A stretch of DNA of 37,525 bases from Gallionella sp. (lineage in GTDB: Bacteria; Pseudomonadota; Gammaproteobacteria; Burkholderiales; Gallionellaceae), in contig JBDTPM010000024.1 in NCBI GenBank assembly GCA_039932695.1, positions 1-37,525 of the forward strand. The letters run 5' to 3'. Position numbers and translations under genes: made by a program. Below are positions 30,630-37,525 of the stretch, piece by piece. The stretch's first letter is position 1. The number at the start of each line of letters is the position of its first letter. The notes below the pieces were generated by a model that had not been told where the DNA came from, did no database searches, and saw only the letters and a program-made list of their open reading frames with translations.

Positions 30630-30762
30630 TATTGAGGTTTCCATAATTGAAGACAGCGCTGCATAATCCAGAGTGTCATTTTGAAAATCAAAAAATTAAT
30701 ACGTCATTCCCGCAAAAGCGGGAATGACGGGATGTGTGTCGTGAATTATGAAAACATTAATA
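30630..30762 (-). mobile_element. MITE-like element, copy 2 (reverse orientation, core collapsed to one hairpin)
   Basis: Ends TATTGAGGTTTCCATAATT / AATTATGAAAACATTAATA (16/19 inverted match); perfect 12-bp stem at 30702-30729; both flanks of the core align with copy 1. Confidence 0.75.
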
Positions 30763-30774
30763 GAATAGCCAACC

Positions 30775-31728
30775 ATGAGCCTAAATAATCCCCGCATCTC
30801 CATTATCGTTCCCGTCTACAAGGCCGAGAAATGCCTGGACGAGTTGTATCTCCGCTTGGTCAGCGCATTGGAAACGATCGTGAAAGATTTTGAAATCGTG
30901 CTGGTGGAAGATTGCGGCGGTGACCGCTCGTGGGAAATCATCGAGCGACTTTCCGCTCAGGATGACCGCGTGCGCGGTATCCAGTTCAGCCGCAACTTCG
31001 GTCAGCATTACGGCATCACCGCCGGCCTGGATTACTGCCGGGGCGACTGGGTGATCGTGATGGATTGCGATTTGCAGGACAGGCCAGAGGAAATCCCGCG
31101 CCTGTATGCCAAAGCGCAGGAGGGTTATGACATCGTGCTTGCACGTCGCGGCGCGCGGCGCGATCCGTTGCTCAAGCGAGTTACCTCTTGGCTGTTCTAC
31201 AAGTTGTTCAGTTATCTCGCCGACATCGAGTACGACGGACAGACCGGCAATTTCCGCATCATGTCGCGCAAGGTGGTGGTGAACTTCCAGCGCATGCGCG
31301 AGCAGTTGCGTTTCTTCGGCGGCCTGGTGCAATGGATGGGATTTCCGACTGCCAGCATCGAAGTGGAACATGCCGAGCGCTTCGAGGGCAACTCCACCTA
31401 CACTTTTGCCAAGCTATGGAAGCTGGCCACCGAGACCATCATCGCCTATTCCGACAAGCCGCTGCGACTGTCGGTGCGCTTCGGTTTTCTGATGGCGTTC
31501 CTGGCTTTTTGCTACGGCGTGTACATTCTTGGGCACGCGCTGTTTTATGGCTCAGCGATCCCCGGCTGGAACAGCCTGATCGTCTCGCTGTATTTCATCG
31601 GCGGGATCATCATCGCCATCCTCGGCATCCTCGGCATCTATCTCGGCAAAACCTTCGATGAAAGCAAGAAGCGGCCGCTGTATATCGTCAGACGTGCGAC
31701 CTTCGATGAGCACGACCATGCTGGCTAA
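30775..31728 (+). CDS. ArnC/GtrB-family undecaprenyl-phosphate glycosyltransferase (GT2)
   Basis: SIIVPVY, FSRNFGQH..TAGL, MDCDLQDRPE, GNFRIM, two C-terminal TM segments, ESKKRPLY. Confidence 0.92.
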   Translation: MSLNNPRISIIVPVYKAEKCLDELYLRLVSALETIVKDFEIVLVEDCGGDRSWEIIERLSAQDDRVRGIQFSRNFGQHYGITAGLDYCRGDWVIVMDCDLQDRPEEIPRLYAKAQEGYDIVLARRGARRDPLLKRVTSWLFYKLFSYLADIEYDGQTGNFRIMSRKVVVNFQRMREQLRFFGGLVQWMGFPTASIEVEHAERFEGNSTYTFAKLWKLATETIIAYSDKPLRLSVRFGFLMAFLAFCYGVYILGHALFYGSAIPGWNSLIVSLYFIGGIIIAILGILGIYLGKTFDESKKRPLYIVRRATFDEHDHAG

Positions 31729-32380
31729 AGCAACGCCGTGGGACACTTCGGCGTTCGGCATGCCGACCTGGGAACTGACCGAATATTCGGAGAGGGCACT
31801 GCAGCATGCTGAGCAAACAGCGGGACACTACACCATCAGGGTCGATCCGCTGGCGGACAAGCGGCTGCTGAACCAATATGGATTTTATTATTGCGACACG
31901 TTGATCGAACCACGCTGCAAGGCTGCCCGGTTGCGCGCTGTTCAACACCCGGAAGCGACAATTTCGAAACAGGTCGAGGCCGAACAGGTATTGACGATCT
32001 GTCACGGCGCGTTTGCACATGGCCGTTTTCATCGCGACTTCAATTTGCCCAAAGCCGCCTCTGACCTGCGCTATGACAATTGGCTGAGACAATTGCTGGA
32101 AGCCGGACAAGTCTATGGACTTTATTGGCAAGACGGACTGGCGGGATTCATCGCTTACAGCGCTGACAGTCTGGTGCTGCATGCGCTGGCAGAACAACAG
32201 CGTGGCAAGGGCCGGGCGAAATTCTGGTGGAGCGAGGTATGCACCGAACTGCTGGAGAGTGGGCATGAAGAAATCAGGAGCTCGATCTCCGCTGCCAATC
32301 TCGGCGCGCTGAATCTGTATGCCTCACTGGGATTTTCTTTCAGCAACCCTCAGGATATCTATCATCACATGACACCATGA
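31718..32380 (+). CDS. GNAT acetyltransferase, WecD/RffC-like
   Basis: WDTSAFG, GRFHRD, Y.NWL, QRGKGRA (acetyl-CoA motif), N..ALNLY..LGF. Start at 31706 or 31718. Confidence 0.75.
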   Translation: MLAKATPWDTSAFGMPTWELTEYSERALQHAEQTAGHYTIRVDPLADKRLLNQYGFYYCDTLIEPRCKAARLRAVQHPEATISKQVEAEQVLTICHGAFAHGRFHRDFNLPKAASDLRYDNWLRQLLEAGQVYGLYWQDGLAGFIAYSADSLVLHALAEQQRGKGRAKFWWSEVCTELLESGHEEIRSSISAANLGALNLYASLGFSFSNPQDIYHHMTP

Positions 32381-32739
32381 GCTACTTCTATATCTTCCTT
32401 ACCATTGTACTCACCGTGTACGGTCAGATTGCGATCAAGTGGCAGGTGCTCAAGGCCGGCGCGCTGCCGGAACCGCTGCCGGAAAAGATCAGCTTCCTGC
32501 TGCACCTGTTGCTCAACCCGTGGATCCTCAGCGCGTTGTTTGCTGCATTCCTGGCGTCCTTCTGCTGGATGGCTGCGATGACCAAGCTGCAACTCAGCCA
32601 TGCCTATCCGTTCATGGGGCTGACTTTCGTGCTGGTGTTGCTGGCCAGCGGATTTTTTTTTCAGGAACCGATCACGCTGTTCAAGGTCGCGGGCGTCGCG
32701 CTGATCGTGCTGGGCTTGGTGGTGGCAAGTCAGGGCTAA
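32377..32739 (+). CDS. SMR/EamA-like small membrane protein (ArnE/ArnF-like flippase subunit)
   Basis: 120 aa with about 4 TM segments; GQI.IK, LS.AYPF, FF.EPIT..K..G; ATGA-coupled to the GNAT. Confidence 0.82.
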   Translation: MSYFYIFLTIVLTVYGQIAIKWQVLKAGALPEPLPEKISFLLHLLLNPWILSALFAAFLASFCWMAAMTKLQLSHAYPFMGLTFVLVLLASGFFFQEPITLFKVAGVALIVLGLVVASQG

Positions 32740-32765
32740 TTCCAAATCAAAGCGACAATAATTTT

Positions 32766-32886
32766 GTAGGGTGCGCTTGCGCACCATAACCAATGACTTG
32801 GCGAGCGTTGTTTGCTCGCTTAGTCGAATGGCTAGTAGTTCCATCAGTAGTTTCACCAATGCTGATGGTGCGCAAGCGCACCCTAC
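32766..32886. repeat. GTAG-family REP doublet (REPIN-like)
   Basis: GTAGGGTGCGCTTGCGCACCAT (32766-32787) and its perfect reverse complement (32865-32886), with a 77-nt spacer. Confidence 0.9.
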
Positions 32887-32915
32887 GATTTGTCACTCAC
32901 TATTCAAATGAATTC

Positions 32916-32988
32916 CCGTTCGTCCTGAGTAGCGCGGTTTCATGCGCGTATCGAAGCCTGTCCTGAGCTCCGTCGAAGGGGATAACGG
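32916..32988. repeat. GTCCTGAG..TCGAAG tandem repeat element
   Basis: Two units (GTCCTGAG-TAGCGCG..CGCGTA-TCGAAG and GTCCTGAG-CTCCG-TCGAAG) bounded by CCGTT..AACGG. Confidence 0.6.
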
Positions 32989-33011
32989 TAGTTCTATCGC
33001 CGTTTTCAGGA

Positions 33012-33887
33012 TCAGCTACGCTTGCGGGCAACCAGAAACAGCGATCCTCCCACCGGGAAACGAACACCGATGCGGGTGAACATCAGCTCCACAAACATGA
33101 ATGCGCTCAGGATGCGATTCGCGATCCAGCCGATCCTGAGTTCGGCCATCGGGTCGTGACGGCCATCCTTACTGGTTTTGTCGAATCGGCGTGACAACCA
33201 CATCAACGGCAACAGCAAGGCAACGAAAGACCCGCTGTCGACGATATCAAAGCCGGCACTTGATACCTTCTGTTTCAACTCCGTCGCGGTATAGCGGCGC
33301 ACATGACAAGCCATTTCGTCCTGGCTGCTCCAGAGCAGCGGGTGTTGCGGGACGGTAAGTATCAATGTGCCGCCCGGTTTGAGGGCCTGGTTCAGCTGTG
33401 CGAGCACGATGGTATCTTCCTCGATATGTTCCAGCACATCGAATGCACCTAGTGCGTCGAAATGCGATTCGAAAGGGATCTTGCGCGCGTCCATTTGCAT
33501 GAACTGCGCGCGGGGCACCCGATGCGCGGCATATTGGAGGCCGGTGCTGTGAATCTCCGCGCCGACCAGCGAAGCGGAGGGAAAGGCGGAAGCCACCCCT
33601 GAAAGCACGAAGCCGGTGCCGCAACCGATCTCGAGAAATGATTTCAGGGTTGGGCAATGTCGCTTGAGCAGCAGCAGGATCAAAGTGTTGCGCGACTGAA
33701 ACCAGAAATTGCCCGCTTCCAGACTTGCAAGCTGCTCAAAATACTCCGGATGAAATCCGTCGCTGGAATTGGCAAGCTCTGCTGCCAGCGCGGGGAATCC
33801 GTTTAGTTGCGGCGGGACATGACCGCATGCCGGGCAGTCCCAGCCGCTGCTGTCAAAGCGGGCGTTGCAAGCGCTGCAGATTTTCAT
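33012..33887 (-). CDS. Class I SAM-dependent methyltransferase with N-terminal Cys4 motif
   Basis: CSAC..CPAC, FWF..R, LEIGCGTG, FDVLEHI, LKPGG.L.LTVP, HVRRY. Confidence 0.88.
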   Translation of the reverse strand: MKICSACNARFDSSGWDCPACGHVPPQLNGFPALAAELANSSDGFHPEYFEQLASLEAGNFWFQSRNTLILLLLKRHCPTLKSFLEIGCGTGFVLSGVASAFPSASLVGAEIHSTGLQYAAHRVPRAQFMQMDARKIPFESHFDALGAFDVLEHIEEDTIVLAQLNQALKPGGTLILTVPQHPLLWSSQDEMACHVRRYTATELKQKVSSAGFDIVDSGSFVALLLPLMWLSRRFDKTSKDGRHDPMAELRIGWIANRILSAFMFVELMFTRIGVRFPVGGSLFLVARKRS

Positions 33888-33903
33888 TTCGAACTAACTA
33901 GCA

Positions 33904-35034
33904 TCAGTTAGGGAAAAATTCGTGTATGGCCAAGCATACGCGCGTGATATCTGCTTCAGACATTTCGTAGTAGAGCGGCAGGCGCAACAGGCGCTCGCTG
34001 AGTTCATCGGTCTGTTGCATGGAGCTGCCGACGCGGCCGAATCTTTTGCCGGCAGGGGCGGAGTGTAACGGCACGTAGTGGAATACCGGAAGGATGCCTT
34101 GTGCTTTTAGATGCAGGATAAGTTTGCTGCGAGTAGCCAGGCTATCCAGCAGAACATAGAACATGTGCCCGTTGCTGTCTTCGTCAAAAGTTGGCAGATG
34201 CAAGCGTCCGGCCTGTTGCAGGCCGGCAAGCTGGGTGGCATAGGCGGTGCAGATGCTGCGCCGTTTGGCGATGATCTCGCCGGCGTGCTCGAGCTGTGCA
34301 TAGAGAAATGCGCTGACCAGTTCGCTCGGCAGATAGGATGAACCGATATCCACCCAGGTGTATTTGTCCACTTCGCCACGGAAGAACTGGCTGCGGTTGG
34401 TGCCCTTCTCGCGGATGATCTCGGCGCGTTCAGCAAAGCGCTCATCATTGATGAGTAATGCTCCACCTTCACCACTGATGATGTTTTTAGTCTCATGAAA
34501 ACTCAAACAACCGAAATGCCCGATGCTGCCCAGTGCCCTGCCCTTGTAAGTGGAAAGCAAAGCCTGGGCGGCGTCCTCGACGACCAGCAGATCGTGTTTG
34601 GCGGCGATCGACATGATGCGATCCATCTCGCACGGCACGCCGGCGTAATGCACCGGAACGATCACTTTGGTTTTTGCGGTGATGGCCGCTTCGATCAGAT
34701 TCTCGTCGATGTTCAGCGTATCCGGGCGTATGTCCACGAACACCGGCACTGCGCCGCGCAGCACGAAGGCGTTGGCAGTCGACACGAAAGTGTAGGAAGG
34801 CAAAATGACTTCATCGCCGAGCTGGATATCGCAGAGTATCGCGGACATTTCCAGCGCGCCGGTGCAGGAGTGGGTCAGCAACGCCTTGCGGCAACCGAGC
34901 CTCTCCTCGAACCAGCGATGACACAACTTTGTGTAAGCGCCATCGCCGGACAGGTGGCCTTGTGCGACGGCATCGGCGATCAGGGCCAACTCGCGACCAA
35001 TGATGAAAGGCTTGTTGAATGGGATCGGCTTCAT
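33904..35034 (-). CDS. rffA: dTDP-4-amino-4,6-dideoxygalactose transaminase (WecE)
   Basis: IPFNKP, SCTGALEM, PSYTFVSTANAF, EDAAQ, SFHETKN..GEGG, REKGTNRSQFFRG.VDKYTW, FHYVPLH. Confidence 0.93.
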   Translation of the reverse strand: MKPIPFNKPFIIGRELALIADAVAQGHLSGDGAYTKLCHRWFEERLGCRKALLTHSCTGALEMSAILCDIQLGDEVILPSYTFVSTANAFVLRGAVPVFVDIRPDTLNIDENLIEAAITAKTKVIVPVHYAGVPCEMDRIMSIAAKHDLLVVEDAAQALLSTYKGRALGSIGHFGCLSFHETKNIISGEGGALLINDERFAERAEIIREKGTNRSQFFRGEVDKYTWVDIGSSYLPSELVSAFLYAQLEHAGEIIAKRRSICTAYATQLAGLQQAGRLHLPTFDEDSNGHMFYVLLDSLATRSKLILHLKAQGILPVFHYVPLHSAPAGKRFGRVGSSMQQTDELSERLLRLPLYYEMSEADITRVCLAIHEFFPN

Positions 35035-35035
35035 C

Positions 35036-35153
35036 TATTAATCTTTACATAATTCAGGACACACATGCCGTCATTCCCGCGCAGGCGGGAATCCAGCAAG
35101 ACATAGTGCCTTTTGTTTAAATCCACTGGATTCCCGCCTGCGCGGGAATGGCG
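35036..35153 (+). mobile_element. MITE-like element, copy 3 (left end and full core; right end not recognisable)
   Basis: Near-identical to 20391-20509 including the spacer; begins TATTAATCTTTACATAATT; abuts the rffA start codon. Confidence 0.78.
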
Positions 35154-35176
35154 AAGTGAACCAAAAATCGGACGCG

Positions 35177-36592
35177 CTATTTTATAGGTAACACGCTCTC
35201 GCAGGCGGATCCACGACATAATAAATACAGTTTATCTCCACCAAGCTGATATTCCTTGACGGTCTTGTCCAGCGCGGAGTCGTTACCCATCGCGATGATG
35301 AACCCGGATTCAAGGTTTTGAGGCGGCCATTGCAGTGCCTGCTGCGGATAGCGCTGCTGGTTGATATAGGCTGATACGTTCAGACCGGCAGAGGTCGGGT
35401 TGGCTATATAGAGCGGTTGATCCCGGGTGATGAAGATGATGTCGGCAGCGGCCTTTGCGTAGTTCTCACCCCGAAATTGCTTCTGGTAATAAGGGAACGC
35501 CGCCAGACCCACTACGAAATTGAGTGCGATGATAGCGGCAAGCCAGCGCCGCGTGGTTACCATCGCTGCATCGCCAGAACGCCAGATCAACCGTGCAACG
35601 ATCAGTGCGAACAGCGGGTAGATCGGTAACAGGTAGCGTATGCTGCTGTATGGCGCGAGCCAGTAGGGCAGGAAATTCAGCGTGGTGATCAGGACAGCGT
35701 TGCGAAAATGCTCAGGCTGGCTCTCTTTCAGTGTGATGCGTCGGCGCACTGCGAAATAAACCGCCAGTGCGCCAACGGGAAGCATGCCGATCCAGATTTC
35801 CAGCGGGAACGAAAGCAATTTGGTGAGGTAGGCGCTGATGTTGGGGAAGTTCAGTTTTTCGAGAACTTCCGCAAACATGCGGCCGCTTTGGCTGTGACCG
35901 GCAGGTATCAGTGCGAACCAGATAAACGGTGCAAGCAGTATTGCGGCATGTGCCGCCAGCGATGCCGGACTGAACAGCAGTTTACGGTTGGTGTGGCCGC
36001 TGGCCAGCACGACAAATGCAACACCGTAAAACACATACGCGGTAAATGCCTTGCTGAGAAAGGCGCAAGTCAGCGCGATAGCTGCGAGCCACAACAGGTT
36101 GCGGCGCTGCTCGACACAGGCGATCCACAGTGCGGCGATGGAGGTGAAGATGAACATCGCGAACAGCGGATCAACATAGGCCAGCCAGCCCCGATACATC
36201 AGGACATCGTTGAAGGTGAGATAGGTCAATGCAGCAAAGGCGGAAAAGCTGCGTTCGCGAAACAGACGCCAGGCCAGCCAGGCCAGCATCGCAGCAGTAA
36301 TCAGCGTGGCGCAGATGGTCAGGCTGCGTGCAACTACCAGTACATAGTTCCAGTTGAACAGATTTGTAAACGATATGATCAGCCAATTGAACAGCGGGTT
36401 GTGCTGCACATCGCCACCGTACAGATATTGCTTGAGCCAAACGCCGTGTTGCCGCATCTCCATTGAGGTGATCGGGAATATGGCCTCTTCGCCGATGTAG
36501 TACAGATTCAGCATCGGCAGGAAGCTCAATACTGCCGTGATCAACAGCAGCCGAAAAGAATGATTGGAATTCGTTGTTGAGTTAGTCATCAT
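35177..36592 (-). CDS. ArnT/PMT-like integral membrane glycosyltransferase (GT-C)
   Basis: Acidic GEEA in the first loop, PLFNW, ARSL, VDPLF, AFLSK, RYLLPIYP; many TM segments and a soluble C-terminal tail. Confidence 0.82.
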   Translation of the reverse strand: MMTNSTTNSNHSFRLLLITAVLSFLPMLNLYYIGEEAIFPITSMEMRQHGVWLKQYLYGGDVQHNPLFNWLIISFTNLFNWNYVLVVARSLTICATLITAAMLAWLAWRLFRERSFSAFAALTYLTFNDVLMYRGWLAYVDPLFAMFIFTSIAALWIACVEQRRNLLWLAAIALTCAFLSKAFTAYVFYGVAFVVLASGHTNRKLLFSPASLAAHAAILLAPFIWFALIPAGHSQSGRMFAEVLEKLNFPNISAYLTKLLSFPLEIWIGMLPVGALAVYFAVRRRITLKESQPEHFRNAVLITTLNFLPYWLAPYSSIRYLLPIYPLFALIVARLIWRSGDAAMVTTRRWLAAIIALNFVVGLAAFPYYQKQFRGENYAKAAADIIFITRDQPLYIANPTSAGLNVSAYINQQRYPQQALQWPPQNLESGFIIAMGNDSALDKTVKEYQLGGDKLYLLCRGSACESVLPIK

Positions 36593-36738
36593 AGTCCGCA
36601 AAAAGATGATGTTTGCGGTGTAGTGTCACAAGTCATTTCACAGGAAGACACTGTACTACAGTTCTAAGAACCCAGTTCCGTCAAGAAGCTGAGGGAGACG
36701 AGCAAGATCAATATTGTCGTGCGTTGCATGGGCAAGTC

Positions 36739-37137
36739 CTATTTTTCTGGATGCGGGGTGAATACCAGCCAACGGGTAAGCAGGTACATGACGGCCGTGT
36801 AGGCCGCAGCGGCAAGGAGTTGGGCGAGGTTGGCATTCCAGTGCAGGCTGTCTAGTACGAATTTCAGTACGAGTAAATTCAGCGCGAAACAAAACAGGAA
36901 TGTGGCTAGATAATGAATCGCCTCCGAAGAGATATGTCCTTCACTGCGAAACACAAATTTCCTGGAGACGAGGAATCCCAATATCAGTCCGACCAGATAG
37001 CCGCCGATGTTGGCGATAAAAGGTGAGATGCCCAGCCACATCAGCAGGAAAATAACGGTGAAACCGACCGCAGTGTTAAGCATACCACTGCCCGCGTAGC
37101 GACCCAGATAAACAGACTCACCTTGCCATCTGGACAT
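36739..37137 (-). CDS. GtrA-family flippase-like protein
   Basis: RY...G.LNT.V, ANI.GY, FVF, AQLLA..Y....WLVF; about 4 TM segments. Start uncertain. Confidence 0.85.
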   Translation of the reverse strand: MSRWQGESVYLGRYAGSGMLNTAVGFTVIFLLMWLGISPFIANIGGYLVGLILGFLVSRKFVFRSEGHISSEAIHYLATFLFCFALNLLVLKFVLDSLHWNANLAQLLAAAAYTAVMYLLTRWLVFTPHPEK

Positions 37138-37525
37138 AATATTGTGCGCCGAGTGGCAGGTGTCTTAACCAGGGTTCGAGTCCGCGCAGCAAGGCTAGCG
37201 GGCGCGGGAAGAATAGAGTATAGCCGTGCTGTTCCGAACGAAATCCGGCCTCGCGAGCCAGCACTATGGCCGTTTTCAGGTCGAGCATTTCCGCGTCAGC
37301 GTCGAAAGGGCAGCGCTCGAAGATCCAGCGTGTGGCAGGGTTGTACGGATTGTGTTCAAACAGGAACATTTGCCCCTCTGCCTTGAGGATATCGCGGCAT
37401 TGCGAAAGTACCTGTTGGCGCTGCTCGGGTGGGATATGGTGGAACACGTTGGCGGCGATGATTGCGTCGAAATGCATGCTTGGGAAGGCACTCCAATCCG
37501 AAAAAAGTTTCGCGCGCGGTACGCG
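37118..37525 (-). CDS. Class I SAM-dependent methyltransferase (5' end outside window)
   Basis: FD.I....VFHHIPP, LK..G..F.FEHNPYNP.T, LGAQY. Confidence 0.82.
   Translation of the reverse strand, partial: RVPRAKLFSDWSAFPSMHFDAIIAANVFHHIPPEQRQQVLSQCRDILKAEGQMFLFEHNPYNPATRWIFERCPFDADAEMLDLKTAIVLAREAGFRSEQHGYTLFFPRPLALLRGLEPWLRHLPLGAQYYVQMAR

Noticed and set aside
30616-30640. Resemblance of CCTGCAACTCGAATTATT to an ERIC terminus
   Set aside because: Short match recalled from memory, partly explained by the MITE end; no ERIC body is present.
32653-32661. T9 tract in the SMR gene (and A8 in rfbF) as phase-variation sites
   Set aside because: Short, in frame, and explained by ordinary Phe or Lys codons.
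32365-32859. 164-aa minus-strand ORF
   Set aside because: Antisense to the SMR gene and starts inside the REP spacer.
20389-35153. CRISPR array or integron attC interpretation of the palindromes
   Set aside because: No regular repeat-spacer periodicity, no cas or integrase gene, and no one-site-per-gene cassette pattern.
36602-36738. Short palindromes (ACTGTA-C-TACAGT; TGTAGTGTC..GACAC) between gtrA and the GT-C gene as a possible IS scar
   Set aside because: Too short and imperfect, with no second copy in the window.

Overview
The window is a cell-envelope polysaccharide/LPS locus, probably from a betaproteobacterium (Gallionellaceae-like gene complement; inference only). From left to right it holds: the end of an rml operon (rmlA, rmlC); core genes waaA and waaC; and a ~20 kb O-antigen/EPS operon (manC, gmd, fcl, rfbF/G/H, a cupin epimerase plus SDR reductase in an AscE/AscF-like arrangement, wzx, GT2, wzy, two GT4, a second gmd, wcaJ-like, wbpL-like, wbpM-like). 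Next come LPS-core glycosyltransferases, including a GT2-GT-B fusion, then waaL and a truncated apaH. The last ~7 kb is an Arn/Gtr-like undecaprenyl-phosphate-dependent modification module (GT2, WecD-like GNAT, SMR/EamA flippase, methyltransferase, rffA, GT-C transferase, GtrA, second methyltransferase). The non-coding DNA is rich in small palindromic elements: three copies of a MITE-like element with a dRS3-type core (two with both terminal inverted repeats), a GTAG REP doublet, a CCTGAG..TCGAAG element and a nested CTCCCC..GGGGAG palindrome. A related hairpin sits in frame inside rfbH and adds 11 codons within its Fe-S ligand spacer. No rRNA, tRNA, CRISPR array or transposase was seen. All calls come from motif recognition; no database search was run.
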